A DNA stretch of 61,305 nucleotides from Capsulimonadales bacterium (GCA_033762295.1 JANRLW010000034.1:1-61305); one strand, 5' to 3'. Shown: positions 27,554 to 41,467, numbered from the stretch's first letter. Notes: generated from the letters alone by a model not told the origin. Translations and numbers: made by a program.

Positions 27554-28288
27554 ATGGCACAGATATTTCGCCCTTACGGAAATGTAATCGCCCGGCTCGT
27601 GCTGATTCTGCTCGCGCTGACACCGTTGACTCTGATGGTGACCATGTCGCAGTTCACGCGGTCCTCCTATGTCACGAAGGTCGGCGTTCCCTATGAACAG
27701 CCGGTGCCGTTCAGTCATGAACACCATGTGAACGAACTGGGAATCGACTGCCGCTACTGTCATTCCTCGGTCGAAGTCTCCGGGTCCGCCGGGTATCCGT
27801 CGACGCATACCTGCATGTCCTGTCACTCCCAGATCTGGACCAACTCGCCGTTGCTCGAGCCGGTGCGGGAAAGCTATATCAAGAACGTTCCCCTGAAGTG
27901 GACGCGCCTCAACGAACTGCCGGACTTCGTCTACTTCAACCATAGCATCCATGTCAATCGGGGCATCTCCTGTAACAACTGCCATGGCCCCGTACAGGCG
28001 ATGCAGATGGCGTATAAGGGGCAGGCGTTCCAGATGCGCTGGTGTCTGGAATGTCACCGCAACCCCGAGCGTTATGTCAACGAGACGCAGTTCGTCTGGG
28101 ACCTCTACCGGAACATTCAGCGCGGTCAGCGTGCCGACGGAACCGTGTTGACCAATGAGGAGGAGGCGCTGAAACGCGGCCTTCAGTACCACCGGAACGA
28201 AGAGGAATTGAAAAAGGGACGGGAACTGGTCAAGAAGTACAACATCCAGACGCAGGCGCTCTCGGACTGCTCGATCTGCCACCGCTAA
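27554..28288 (+). CDS. actA: Alternative complex III pentaheme cytochrome c
   Basis: Five CxxCH (CRYCH, CMSCH, CNNCH, CLECH, CSICH), QPVPFSHEHH, N-terminal TM helix. Confidence 0.93.
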   Translation: MAQIFRPYGNVIARLVLILLALTPLTLMVTMSQFTRSSYVTKVGVPYEQPVPFSHEHHVNELGIDCRYCHSSVEVSGSAGYPSTHTCMSCHSQIWTNSPLLEPVRESYIKNVPLKWTRLNELPDFVYFNHSIHVNRGISCNNCHGPVQAMQMAYKGQAFQMRWCLECHRNPERYVNETQFVWDLYRNIQRGQRADGTVLTNEEEALKRGLQYHRNEEELKKGRELVKKYNIQTQALSDCSICHR

Positions 28289-28330
28289 AGGCCGGGAACG
28301 GCGAACGGACGGTCAACGAGTCAACGGAAG

Positions 28331-31300
28331 ATGACGACAGACGAAACTATGCATAACGATACCGAAACTAGGGACGACAGGACGGACGCGGTGGTGGAGT
28401 TCCCCGGGCGCGAACGCTCGCCGGAGGCGAAAGCCGCGCTCGCGACGATGCAGGAAAAGCTGAGCGGGAAGACCGGTCGTATTTTCTGGAAGTCGTTCGA
28501 GGAACTGGCCGGGACGCCGGAGTTCAAAACCTGGGTCGAGGACGAGTTTCCGAACCGGACCGTGACCTCGCAGGTGGATCGCCGCACGTTCCTGCGGCTG
28601 GGCGGCGCGGCGATGGCGATGGCCGGTCTCTCCGGATGCCGTATTCTGCCCAACAGCAAGGCGGTCCCCTATGTTCGCGCTCCCGAGGAGATGGTCTCCG
28701 GACTGCCCCTGGTCTATGCGACCACCCTGCCCCGACACGGGTACGGCGTCGGCGTCGTCGTGGAATCATCCGAAGGCCGACCGGTCAAGATCGAAGGGAA
28801 CCCCTCTCATCCGGCCAGTCTGGGGAGCACCCTCGCGCAGGAGCAGGCGGAGTGTCTGACTCTCTACGACCCGGACCGCTCACAGAGCGTCGTGAACCGC
28901 GTCATACCGAAGTATGCAAAGGAACGTGCGGAGATTCAACCGCTCCGTGAATCCTCCTCCTGGGATCAGGCGCTAAATATCCTGCGCCGGGAGATGATCA
29001 ACCGGGCGGTTTCCGGCGGGGCCGGTCTGGCGCTTCTCACCGAGACCGTCACTTCGCCCACCCTGATCGCCCAGATTCAGCAACTTCTCCGCAAGTACCC
29101 GCAGGCCCGCTGGGTGCAGTACGATCCGACCGGGCGGGAAAACGTCCATGAAGGGACGCGTCTGGCATTCGGTCGCCCGCTCAACCCGGTCTACCGCTTG
29201 AAGACGGCCCGTGTCGTTGTCGCGCTGGACGCCGATTTCATTCAGGAGATGCCGGGCGGAATCCGGTACGCCCGAGACTTCAGCGACGGACGGCGGGTAC
29301 GCAAGTCCCGACCGACGATGAACCGTCTGTACGCCTTCGAATCCTCCTATACCATCGTCGGCGCGACGGCCGACCATCGTATTCCGGTCAAGCCGAGCGA
29401 GATCGAGCAGATCGCCCGCCTGGTCTATCAGGGAGTGACCACCCGGAACTCCGCCGTGACGCCGCCGCGCGGGATCGACGGCCGCGTGATCTCCGCCCTC
29501 ATCGACGACCTGCTCGCCAATCCGGGCGCGGCGGTGGTCATTCCGGGGGAGCAGGTATCGCCAACCGTCCATGCGCTGGCGGCCGGGATCAATGCCGCCC
29601 TCGAAGCGATCGGCGCGACCGTGGTCTATACCCCGCCGGTCGAAGCCGGCGATCCCGCGCAGACCGCCTCTCTCCGGAATCTGGTCGGGGAGATGGACGC
29701 CGGGCGAGTGCAGTTCCTGATGATTGTTGGCGGAAACCCCGTCTACAATGCGCCGACCGACCTCCGTTTCGCGGAGGCCCTGCTGAAGGTGCCTCTCTGC
29801 TTCCGGCTCGGCCTCTACGAGGATGAAACATCCGAATATTCGACCTGGCACCTGCCGATGGCGCATCCGCTGGAGGCCTGGGGCGACCTGCGCGCCTTCG
29901 ACGGCACCGCGTCGATCCAGCAGCCGCTGATCGCCCCCCTGTACGGCGGTCGTTCGCCGGTCGAACTGCTCGCCGATATGCTCGGAAACCCGCGCCCCGG
30001 CTATGAGATCGTCCGCGATTACTGGCGCGGTCAGGCCCGCGCCGCGAACTTCGAGAACTGGTGGGAAAAGGTGCTGCACGACGGGAACGTGCCGGGCACC
30101 GCGCTTTCTCCCGTCGCCGTGACCCCGGTCGCCGGTTTCGACGCCTCTCTGCCCGCCGCGCCGGCCACCGCGCGGTACGAGGTCGCCTTCCGACCTGACC
30201 CGTTGATCATGGATGGGCGGCATGCCAACAACTCCTGGCTGCAGGAATGCCCGAAACCGATCTCCACCGTGTGCTGGGATAACGTCGCCTATATCAGCCC
30301 CGCCACCGCCAGGGAACTCGGTCTGATCCCGAACGAGCGGATCAACGACGCTCTGAATGTGAGCCAGCTCAACGGCAAAAAGGTCATCGAACTGACGGCC
30401 AACGGCGCGAAGGTACGATTCCCGATCTGGATTCTGCCGGGGCAGCCGGACGGAGTGATTACCGTCCACCTCGGATTCGGTCGGTGGAGCGCCGGTCAGG
30501 TCGGCAGCGGGGTCGGGCAAAATGCCTACCTGCTGCGCACCGCCGCGTCGACCGCCTTCGCCCCGGTCGAAGTCGCCGCCGCGCCGGGACCGGCCTACGA
30601 TGTCGTCTGCACTCAGGGGCATCACATTCTGCACGTGACGGAGATTAACGTCTTCAACGGAAAAAAGGCCGAGACGGAAAATCGCGATATCGTCCGTGTG
30701 GCGACCTTCGAGGAGTTCGTCCGACGCGCCGGAGAGGTATTTCCGCCGGCCCATGTGCCCCGGGTGCCCGAAGCGACCGCCTTCCCCGAGCGACATGAGG
30801 GAGAGGGCCACCATGAGGGAGAGGGTCACCATGAGGGCGGCAGTTCCTCCGACCAGGGTTCGGAACGGCCCGCCGATTACTATCGCCGGCAATGGGACTA
30901 CGCCGAACACTCTCTGGTCAACAAGGAGAACTGGCCGTCGCTTTACCCGGAGTACTCCTACAAGGGTTTCAATGCCTGGGGAATGGCGATCGACCTGACG
31001 ACCTGCGTTGGCTGCAACGCCTGTGTGGTCGCCTGTCAGGCGGAGAACAACATTCCGACGGTGGGCAAGCGTGAAGTGGGGCGCGGTCGCGAAATGCACT
31101 GGCTGCGAATCGACCACTACTACGAAAGCGACGAGAACTGGGATAATGCGGTCAGCCACTTCCAGCCGTTGATGTGCGTCCATTGCGAAGCGGCGCCCTG
31201 TGAGCCGGTCTGCCCGGTGGCAGCCACGGTGCATAGCCATGAGGGCATCAACCAGATGGTCTATAACCGCTGCATCGGCACCCGCTACTGCTCGAATAAC

Positions 31301-31828
31301 TGTCCGTACAAGGTGCGTCGCTTCAACTATCTGAAGTGGACGGCGGGAATCGGCGGCGAGCGGACGATCAACTTCGAGTTGCCGGTTCTGAAGATGCTCG
31401 CCAATCCGGAGGTGACCGTTCGGGGACGCGGTGTCATGGAAAAATGCACCTACTGCGTTCAGCGGATCAACCGCGTCCGTATCGAGGCCAAGAAGGCCGG
31501 ACGCGAGATCGAGGATGGCGAGGTGATCACCGCCTGCCAGCAGGCCTGTCCGACCCGGACCATCGTTTTTGGCGACCTGAACAACCCCGACAGCGAAGTG
31601 AGCCGGCTGCGCCGCGAACCGCACGACTACTCGCTGCTGGCCGAACTGAACACCCGCCCGCGTACCGGCTACCTGGCCCGGGTGCGTAATCCCAACCCGG
31701 CCCTGGCGGCGACCGGCGCGGCGGCGGGCACCCGCGGAGAGGGAGCCAATCCCGAGGAACGAAGCGCGATCGATCGCCAGCGGCCCGCCGGGGCGGGTGG
31801 CGCGCCGACGGAAGGGACCGCACGGTAG
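28331..31828 (+). CDS. actB: ACIII molybdopterin-oxidoreductase-like/Fe-S subunit
   Basis: FWKSFEEL leader, Tat motif DRRTFL, lipobox LSGC, EGRPVKIEGNPSHP; Fe-S motifs CVGCNACVVAC, CVHCEAAPCEPVCP, CIGTRYCSNNCP, CTYC..CQQACP. Confidence 0.95.
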   Translation: MTTDETMHNDTETRDDRTDAVVEFPGRERSPEAKAALATMQEKLSGKTGRIFWKSFEELAGTPEFKTWVEDEFPNRTVTSQVDRRTFLRLGGAAMAMAGLSGCRILPNSKAVPYVRAPEEMVSGLPLVYATTLPRHGYGVGVVVESSEGRPVKIEGNPSHPASLGSTLAQEQAECLTLYDPDRSQSVVNRVIPKYAKERAEIQPLRESSSWDQALNILRREMINRAVSGGAGLALLTETVTSPTLIAQIQQLLRKYPQARWVQYDPTGRENVHEGTRLAFGRPLNPVYRLKTARVVVALDADFIQEMPGGIRYARDFSDGRRVRKSRPTMNRLYAFESSYTIVGATADHRIPVKPSEIEQIARLVYQGVTTRNSAVTPPRGIDGRVISALIDDLLANPGAAVVIPGEQVSPTVHALAAGINAALEAIGATVVYTPPVEAGDPAQTASLRNLVGEMDAGRVQFLMIVGGNPVYNAPTDLRFAEALLKVPLCFRLGLYEDETSEYSTWHLPMAHPLEAWGDLRAFDGTASIQQPLIAPLYGGRSPVELLADMLGNPRPGYEIVRDYWRGQARAANFENWWEKVLHDGNVPGTALSPVAVTPVAGFDASLPAAPATARYEVAFRPDPLIMDGRHANNSWLQECPKPISTVCWDNVAYISPATARELGLIPNERINDALNVSQLNGKKVIELTANGAKVRFPIWILPGQPDGVITVHLGFGRWSAGQVGSGVGQNAYLLRTAASTAFAPVEVAAAPGPAYDVVCTQGHHILHVTEINVFNGKKAETENRDIVRVATFEEFVRRAGEVFPPAHVPRVPEATAFPERHEGEGHHEGEGHHEGGSSSDQGSERPADYYRRQWDYAEHSLVNKENWPSLYPEYSYKGFNAWGMAIDLTTCVGCNACVVACQAENNIPTVGKREVGRGREMHWLRIDHYYESDENWDNAVSHFQPLMCVHCEAAPCEPVCPVAATVHSHEGINQMVYNRCIGTRYCSNNCPYKVRRFNYLKWTAGIGGERTINFELPVLKMLANPEVTVRGRGVMEKCTYCVQRINRVRIEAKKAGREIEDGEVITACQQACPTRTIVFGDLNNPDSEVSRLRREPHDYSLLAELNTRPRTGYLARVRNPNPALAATGAAAGTRGEGANPEERSAIDRQRPAGAGGAPTEGTAR

Positions 31829-31836
31829 AAACGACT

Positions 31837-33357
<1,521 letters not shown>

Positions 33358-33369
33358 GTACGAGGTTTT

Positions 33370-33939
33370 ATGGCACACGGACACGGACATGATACGATGG
33401 CGGTCGCTCCGGCGATGCACGGAACGATCGCGGAGTTTGACGATCCGGATGCGCTGCTGGCGGCGACGATCCATGCGCGTGACGCGGGATACACGCACAT
33501 GGAGGCCTACTCGCCGCTGCCGATCCACGGTCTGGCCGACGCGCTCGGATTCAACGACTACCGGATTCCCCGGTTTGCCTTTGCCGGTGGGCTGGTGGGC
33601 GGACTGACCGGCATGTTCGGACTCTGGTACGTCTCCGTAATCGATTACCCGCTGAACGTCGGAGGAAAGCCGCTTTTCTCCTGGCCGCAGTTCATACCGG
33701 TCGCCTATGAAGCGACCATCCTGTTCGCGGCAGGCATGACGTTTCTCGCCTGCTGGGCGCTCAACGGACTGCCGAAGGTGTACCATCCGGTCTTCAATGC
33801 CCGGAACTTCGACCGGGCGTCGCAGGACCGATTCTTCCTGTGCATCGAAGTGACCGATCCGATTTATGACGAACGCGGCACCGCCGAGTTTCTGGCGCAC
33901 CAGGAAGGCGTCCTGAACGTGTCCGAGGTCGAGAAGTAA
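33370..33939 (+). CDS. actD: ACIII subunit D (DUF3341)
   Basis: AEFDDP, AYSPLPIHGL, DYPLNVGGKP, DRFFL. Confidence 0.93.
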   Translation: MAHGHGHDTMAVAPAMHGTIAEFDDPDALLAATIHARDAGYTHMEAYSPLPIHGLADALGFNDYRIPRFAFAGGLVGGLTGMFGLWYVSVIDYPLNVGGKPLFSWPQFIPVAYEATILFAAGMTFLACWALNGLPKVYHPVFNARNFDRASQDRFFLCIEVTDPIYDERGTAEFLAHQEGVLNVSEVEK

Positions 33940-33954
33940 GCCGAAACAAGACCC

Positions 33955-34845
33955 ATGCAAGTGCAAACCAACCAAAGCAATACCCGGAGTCCGGAACGGA
34001 GGCGTCTCCTTGCGGGCCTGACCCTTGCCTTTCTGGCGACGGTCGCGGTTTCCGGCTGCCATATCGATATGTGGCGGCAGCCGAAGATCAAGCCCTACGA
34101 GGAGAGCGACTTTTTCAACGATCGTCAGGGCAGCCGTCCCAAAGTGGCGCATACCGTGGCTCGCGGACGGATACTGACCGACGATGTCGTTTATTACACC
34201 GGGAAGGACGCCCGCGGCCGGTTGATTCGAAACATTCCCCTCCGGGCCGTACAGTCGTTCACCTCGCCGAAGGATATGCTGCTTCGAGGACAGGAACGCT
34301 TCAACGCCTTCTGTTCGCCCTGCCACGGCCAGACCGGCAACGGAAACGGCTTTATCTCGCAGCGCGGCCTGGGGTACTGGTCCAAACTGCCGGCCTCCTT
34401 CCAGACGGATCGTCTGCGCCGGACCGAGGACGGGCATATTTATGATACGCTGGTCAACGGATACGGGATCATGTACGGGTACGGTTCGCGGATTCAGGAT
34501 GTGAACGACCGCTGGGCCGTCGTCGCCTATGTGCGTGCCCTGCAACTGGCGGCCACGGGAACGGTGCCCGCCCCGAACGCCCCGGTTTCCACGGAACCCC
34601 CCGTTTCCGGAGAGGCCCCGGTTTCCACGGAGACCGAGGTGCCCGGCTCGTCCGCCCGCAATCCGGAGGCCGGAGCGCCCGCGAATACCGGAGCGTTCAA
34701 CACCCTGCGCAGCGGCGAGAGCGTTCCGTCCACCCAGAATATTCCGGCGACCGAGGCAAGGAGCGGAGCGATTCCGTCCAACCCGCAGAACGCGCCCGCC
34801 CCGCCCGGACCGGCGGGGGCCGCGGCCCCCGGAGGTACGCGCTAA
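33955..34845 (+). CDS. actE: ACIII monoheme cytochrome c lipoprotein
   Basis: Lipobox VSGC, DMWRQP, CSPCHG, DRWAVVAYVRALQ; Pro/Ala-rich tail. Confidence 0.92.
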   Translation: MQVQTNQSNTRSPERRRLLAGLTLAFLATVAVSGCHIDMWRQPKIKPYEESDFFNDRQGSRPKVAHTVARGRILTDDVVYYTGKDARGRLIRNIPLRAVQSFTSPKDMLLRGQERFNAFCSPCHGQTGNGNGFISQRGLGYWSKLPASFQTDRLRRTEDGHIYDTLVNGYGIMYGYGSRIQDVNDRWAVVAYVRALQLAATGTVPAPNAPVSTEPPVSGEAPVSTETEVPGSSARNPEAGAPANTGAFNTLRSGESVPSTQNIPATEARSGAIPSNPQNAPAPPGPAGAAAPGGTR

Positions 34846-36075
34846 ATGAGTACGACAACACAGAAAAATCCGGCGGCACAGTTCCGCCAGTGGCAGACCC
34901 TCGCCGTCGGCATGGCGGTACTGGGAATCTTCGGCCTGATCGCCGGTTTCGCCATGGATCACAAGGCGTTCTATACCTCCTTTATGTTCGCCTGGGTCTT
35001 CTGGGGTGGTCTCTCGCTGGGGGCGACGACGCTGACCTATCTCCATCACACGATCCGGGCCCAGTGGAGCGTCTCCATTCTGCGGGTCGCCGAGGCGGCC
35101 AACAAGACCCTGCCGATCATGGGACTGCTGTTGCTTGCCGTCACCGGGTTCGGGATTTTGAATCAGGAACTGTACCAGTGGTCCAACCCGGAGATTATCC
35201 GGGGCAGTGAACTTTTGCAGCGGAAGACCTGGTTCCTGAACAAGGAAGGGTTCTTCTTCTGGTCGATCGCCTTCTTCATTTACTGGCTCCTCACGACCCG
35301 GTTTTTGAACGCGTCGTCCCGAAAGCAGGATGATACGCTCGACGACCGGTTGGCGGAAAGGCGGGCCACCTTCGCCGCGCCGCTGGGCGTTCTGCACGTC
35401 GTTTTCCTGACGTTCGCGGTGACCTACTGGATCATGTCGCTGGACCCGGCGTGGTTTTCGACGATCTACGGGGTCTGGTTCATGATCCAGGAACTGCGGC
35501 TGGCGATCGCCCTCGGCGTGATTATCGTGATCGGTCTGCGCTTCATGAAGCCGTTCTCCGATATCGTCAGCACAAGCCTCTGCCGGGACCTCGGCTGGAT
35601 GCTCGAGGGATTGACGATGTTCTGGGCGTACGTCTCCCTGTCCCAGTTCCTGATCATCTGGTCCGGGAACCTGCCGGAAGAGATTACGTTCTACAACAAC
35701 CGGTTCGCCGGGGCGCTGGTGTATCTGGGCGCGGCCCTGATCATCTGCCAGTTCCTCGTGCCGTTCATTGCCCTGCTGTCGTACAACTGGAAGCGCAATC
35801 CCCGGACGCTGAACGCGACCGCCTGGTGGATTTTCGTCTTTAGCGCGGTCGACATCTGGTGGCAGATTACGCCGTTCTTCCGTGTCGGCCTGAAGGTCGA
35901 GGACATGCCCGGCTACCTGCTCGACCTGGGCGCGTTCGCCGGGGTCGGCGGCATCTGGCTTTTCCTCTTCCTTGGCAATTTGCTGGCGTTCGCACGCGAC
36001 GGCGTTCTGGTGCCGCGGCACGATACCCGACCGGCTGAGGAGAAAGCCGCTCTGGAGGCCGGACATGCGCACTGA
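34846..36075 (+). CDS. actF: ACIII membrane subunit F
   Basis: WIMSLDPAWFSTIYG, SQFLIIWSGNLPEE; multi-TM. Confidence 0.92.
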   Translation: MSTTTQKNPAAQFRQWQTLAVGMAVLGIFGLIAGFAMDHKAFYTSFMFAWVFWGGLSLGATTLTYLHHTIRAQWSVSILRVAEAANKTLPIMGLLLLAVTGFGILNQELYQWSNPEIIRGSELLQRKTWFLNKEGFFFWSIAFFIYWLLTTRFLNASSRKQDDTLDDRLAERRATFAAPLGVLHVVFLTFAVTYWIMSLDPAWFSTIYGVWFMIQELRLAIALGVIIVIGLRFMKPFSDIVSTSLCRDLGWMLEGLTMFWAYVSLSQFLIIWSGNLPEEITFYNNRFAGALVYLGAALIICQFLVPFIALLSYNWKRNPRTLNATAWWIFVFSAVDIWWQITPFFRVGLKVEDMPGYLLDLGAFAGVGGIWLFLFLGNLLAFARDGVLVPRHDTRPAEEKAALEAGHAH

Positions 36076-36104
36076 AACCGTCCGAACGAAAGGGAGCAAA
36101 CGCG

Positions 36105-36647
36105 ATGCGTAGCGAACAGGTGAACCCGGATCTGCTGGAGCAGATGGGGTACGAGTCCCGCGATGTCAATGTGCGACAGGTTCTTGGCTTCGTTGTCGCG
36201 CTGATGGCATTCTTCGTCGCCTCGATGGTCGGGGTGGGCTTTTTCTATCAGGTGATCGCGCCGGACTGGGGTAAGATAGGGGACCAGGAACCCATTCCGG
36301 TCAACCGGCGTGTGCCGCCCTATCCGCAGGTTCAGGTCGATCCCCGCCGCGATTTCGAACTCTATCGAATCGCGGAGGATAAAGAGGTCAACGGCCAGGG
36401 CGCGGCGATGTCGATCGATAAGGCCATCGATGCGCTGGCGACCGAGCGAGGTATCGCCGGGGTGCGCGGTGACGCCCTGCGCCAGCGAGGGACCGGATAT
36501 CCCGGACAGCGAAGCGAAATCTCCACGGGCGGAGGCAAGGCGCATGGCGGGGAAGCGGCGCACGGAACCGACGCCGGACACGGAGCGGAAGCCGGACATG
36601 GAACCGAGGCAGGACATGGAACCGAGGCAGGACAGGGCGCGCACTAA
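36105..36647 (+). CDS. ActG-like single-TM subunit with His/Gly repeat tail
   Basis: YESRDV, one TM helix, PPYPQVQVDP, MSIDKAID; lies between actF and SCO. Confidence 0.7.
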   Translation: MRSEQVNPDLLEQMGYESRDVNVRQVLGFVVALMAFFVASMVGVGFFYQVIAPDWGKIGDQEPIPVNRRVPPYPQVQVDPRRDFELYRIAEDKEVNGQGAAMSIDKAIDALATERGIAGVRGDALRQRGTGYPGQRSEISTGGGKAHGGEAAHGTDAGHGAEAGHGTEAGHGTEAGQGAH

Positions 36648-36667
36648 CCGATAGTAAGGAAAAAGTC

Positions 36668-37573
36668 GTGAATACGCATCCGACACGATTCGTCCGCGGG
36701 GCGATCGTCTGTGCGACAACCCTATATGGTATCTTTTTCGCCGCGGTCGGCGCGCACGCGCAGCGGCCGGTCGGATTGGGTACCGTCGGAAACAACCGGC
36801 CGATCAACGCCGCGCGCGATATCAGCTGGACCCAGCGTCTCGACCATCAGGTGACCCTGGCGACGCCGTTTCGCAATGAGAACGGACAGGTCGAACCGCT
36901 GTCGACCTACTTCGGAAAACGGCCGGTCGTTCTGGTCATGCCGTTCTATAAATGCCCCGGAATCTGTACGCAGGAACTGAACGGTATGGTCGACGCGTTC
37001 AAAGACCCGCAGATCCGGTTCCGGGTCGGCCGCGATTTCGATGTGGTCACCATCAGCATCAACCCGAAAGAGACGCCCGAACTGGCGACGGCTAAGAAGA
37101 AGGAGTATCTGGATATTCTGGATCAGCCGGGCGCGGAAAACGGGTGGCATTTCCTTACCGGGGAAGAGGCCAATATCAAGAAAGTGGCCGACGAAATCGG
37201 GTTTAAATATACGTACGACGCCAAGACGGATCAGTACGCACATCCCGGCGGCATCGTGGTCCTGACGCCGCAGGGCAAGGTATCGCGCTACTTCTTCGGG
37301 GTCGGATTCTCGCCGCGGGATGTCCGCTTCGCGGTGACCGAGGCGGGACAGGGCCGGATCGGAACGGCGGTCGACAACTTCCTGCTGGCCTGCTATCACT
37401 ATGACCCGCAGACCGGAACCTACGGTCCCGCCGTCTTCCGGATCATGCAGGTCCTGGGCATCTCGACCGTGGCGATCCTGGGATCGTTTATCTTCCTGTC
37501 GATACGGCAGGAGCAGCGGCAGGCGAAGCCGTCGGCGACCGGTGGGAATCCGCCGGCCGGACCGGCGAAATAG
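36668..37573 (+). CDS. SCO1/SenC copper chaperone
   Basis: CPGIC, YAHPGG, CYHYDP, C-terminal TM helix. Confidence 0.9.
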   Translation: MNTHPTRFVRGAIVCATTLYGIFFAAVGAHAQRPVGLGTVGNNRPINAARDISWTQRLDHQVTLATPFRNENGQVEPLSTYFGKRPVVLVMPFYKCPGICTQELNGMVDAFKDPQIRFRVGRDFDVVTISINPKETPELATAKKKEYLDILDQPGAENGWHFLTGEEANIKKVADEIGFKYTYDAKTDQYAHPGGIVVLTPQGKVSRYFFGVGFSPRDVRFAVTEAGQGRIGTAVDNFLLACYHYDPQTGTYGPAVFRIMQVLGISTVAILGSFIFLSIRQEQRQAKPSATGGNPPAGPAK

Positions 37574-37626
37574 ACCGGGTAGACAGAGGGGACGGAGGCG
37601 ATCCGTCCGGGGACGGACAAACGTTT

Positions 37627-38766
37627 ATGGGCGAATTACCGCTAACAATACCGGCAGCGTCAAGCTATGCGGAGGATGTGGACAAACTATTCCTCCTGCT
37701 GGTTCTCCTGACGTTTATATTTACCTTTCTGGTCGGAGCGATGCTGTTGTTCCTGACCGTGCGTTATCGGCGCGGAAATCGTGTCGATCGTTCGAACGCG
37801 CACGACCATAATACGCTACTGGAGGTTTCCTGGTCGTTCGGACCGCTTCTGCTGGCTCTGGGCGTCTTTCTCTGGTCGGCGAAGCTGTTTGCCTCGGTCT
37901 ACTCCGCGCCGCCGAACGCCAAGGAGATTTTCGTCATCGGCAAGCAGTGGATGTGGCATCTGCAGCACGCCAACGGTATCCGGGAAAACAACGAACTGCA
38001 TGTTCCGGTCGGCGAACCGGTCAAGCTGACCATGATCTCGCAGGACGTCATCCATGCCTTCTACGTCCCGGAGTTCCGGATGCAGCGACAGGTGGAACCC
38101 GGACACTATACCACCGTCTGGTTTACCCCGACCCGTGTTGGGAAGTATCACCTGTACTGTAATATGTACTGTGGAACACAGCATTCGGAAATGGGCGGCT
38201 GGGTGTACGTCATGAGCAAGGCCGACTACGCCGAGTGGGTGGCGTCCGGCGGAGCCCGCGCGGTGGCTCCCGGCGCGATTTCGGCGCGAACCGGCGGATT
38301 GACGATGCCGCAGGCGGGCGCCGCGCTGTTCCAGCAGTACCAGTGCGCTTCCTGCCATTCCGGCGATGCCGTGAAACGGGGACGGGGACCGTCCCTGGTC
38401 GGAATCTACGGGAAGAATCGGCAGCTGGCGAACGGCAAGATCGTTAAGGCGGACGACGGCTACCTGCGGAACGTCCTTTTCTATCCGGACGAATACCCGC
38501 TCGCCGGGTGGCCCCAGGGAATGCCCAGCTACCGGGGACAGCTGACCGAGGAACAGGTGCTGCAGATCAATGCCTATATCAAGACGCTGAGCGGCGCGAC
38601 GACCGCCACGCCGAAGACGCCGAACCGAGAAACGGCGACCGGAAACGTGGCGCCGGGCGCGACCACCGAGGAAACCGACGGAGGACAGCCGAGTGCGGAC
38701 GCGCCTGCCGCAAACACGGACAATCAGCAGTGGCGCTACATGTACGGAGGGGAGCAGTATAACTAA
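37627..38766 (+). CDS. coxB: Cytochrome c oxidase subunit II with fused cytochrome c (caa3 type)
   Basis: [23 protein letters not shown]uA motif, C-terminal CASCH..MP. Confidence 0.95.
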   Translation: MGELPLTIPAASSYAEDVDKLFLLLVLLTFIFTFLVGAMLLFLTVRYRRGNRVDRSNAHDHNTLLEVSWSFGPLLLALGVFLWSAKLFASVYSAPPNAKEIFVIGKQWMWHLQHANGIRENNELHVPVGEPVKLTMISQDVIHAFYVPEFRMQRQVEPGHYTTVWFTPTRVGKYHLYCNMYCGTQHSEMGGWVYVMSKADYAEWVASGGARAVAPGAISARTGGLTMPQAGAALFQQYQCASCHSGDAVKRGRGPSLVGIYGKNRQLANGKIVKADDGYLRNVLFYPDEYPLAGWPQGMPSYRGQLTEEQVLQINAYIKTLSGATTATPKTPNRETATGNVAPGATTEETDGGQPSADAPAANTDNQQWRYMYGGEQYN

Positions 38767-40498
38767 TGAGCGTTTCGGCAATTCGACAACCGGATGCCGG
38801 CGTTGAGGTGCACGGAACGACGCCGGAACCCGTGCGCGAGGACTACCTGAATACCGACCACAGTATCATGTCGTGGCTCCTGACCAAGGACCACAAGCGC
38901 ATCGCGATCATGTACCTGATCGGTATTACGCTGGTCTTCGGTCTGGGGGGACTGGCGGCGGGGATAGTGCGGCTCGAACTGACCGCGCCCAAGGGACAGT
39001 TCCTGTCCTCCGAAGCCTACAACAAGATGTTCTCCGCGCACGGAATGATCATGGTCTTCGCCTTCCTCGTTCCGTCGATTCCGGCGTCCATCGGGAACTT
39101 CCTGGTGCCGCTGATGGTCGGGGCGCGTGACCTCGCCTTCCCGCGTCTGAACCTGATTTCGTTCTATGCCTGGCTCGTCGGTTCCCTGCTGATGCTCGGG
39201 GCCATCTTCTTCGGCGGTGTCGACGCCGGGTGGACGTTCTACACGCCCTACTCGTCGATCTATGCCAACGGAAACGTGGCGCTCGCCCTGGTCGGCGTCT
39301 TTATCCTGGGCTTCTCGTCGATTTTCACCGGAATCAACTTCATCGTCACGATCCACAAGATGCGCGCGCCGGGACTCACCTGGTTCCGACTGCCGCTCTT
39401 TATCTGGGCGATGTATGCGACGTCGGTCATCATCCTGCTGGGAACTCCCGTCGTTGCGATCACCCTGTTGCTGGTCGTGATCGAACGCGTGGCGCACCTC
39501 GGGATCTTCTCTCCGGAACTGGGCGGCGACCCGGTGCTGTTCCAGCATATGTTCTGGTTCTACAGCCACCCCGCCGTCTACATCATGATCCTGCCGTCGC
39601 TCGGCATCATCAACGAGATTATCGCCTCGGCCTGTAAGAAGCGCATCTTCGGCTACCCGTTCGTCGCCTTCTCCTCGCTGGCGATCGCGATGTTCGGCTT
39701 CATCGTCTGGGGACACCACATGTTCGCCACCTCCCAGTCGATGTACTCGTCGATGGTCTTTTCGGTCATCTCGTTCCTGGTCGCCATCCCGTCGGCGATC
39801 AAAGTGTTTAACTGGACCGCGACGATCTACAAGGGATCGGTCGAGTTCAACACCCCGATGATCTATGCCCTGTCGTTCATCGGTCTGTTCGTCATCGGCG
39901 GATTGACCGGTCTGTTCCTGGCGTCCCTGGCGACGGATATCCACCTGACGGCGACCTACTTCGTCGTCGCGCACTTCCACTACATCATGGTCGGCGGCGC
40001 GCTGACCGGCTTCCTCGGCGGACTGCACTTCTGGTGGCCGAAGATGACCGGGCGGATGTATCCGGAGTTCTGGGCCAAGATCGCGTCGATCGTCCTGTTC
40101 ATCGGGTTCAACGTCACGTTCTTCCCGCAGTTCATCCTCGGCTACATCGGAATGCCGCGACGGTATCACTTCTACGCGCCCGAGTACCAGATCTGGCATG
40201 TTGCCTCGTCCATCGGGGCGACGGTCCTCGGCGTCGGAATGCTGATTCCCGCCTTCTACCTGCTGTGGTCGCTGAAGTACGGTCGGGTAGCCGGAAAGAA
40301 CCCGTGGGGCGCGGTCGGATTGGAGTGGAGCCATGCCGACTCTCCGCCCCATCCGCACAACTTCCATGAGATCCCGGTCGTCACCTGGGAAGCGTACGAA
40401 TACGGCAACGGTCATGGTCACAGCGACCATGATGTCCACGACAACAGCAACGGCCATCCGGAGATTGTCACCGTCGATGCGCCGGAGAGGATCCATGC

Positions 40499-40502
<4 letters not shown>
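38766..40502 (+). CDS. coxA: Cytochrome c oxidase subunit I, type A2
   Basis: [15 protein letters not shown] (A2 YS motif), [18 protein letters not shown]. Confidence 0.97.

Positions 40503-41467
<965 letters not shown>

Noticed and set aside
28973..31624. 883-aa minus-strand ORF, and similar antisense ORFs over acs, coxA, ctaAB and the propeller genes
   Set aside because: Shadow ORFs opposite well-supported genes.
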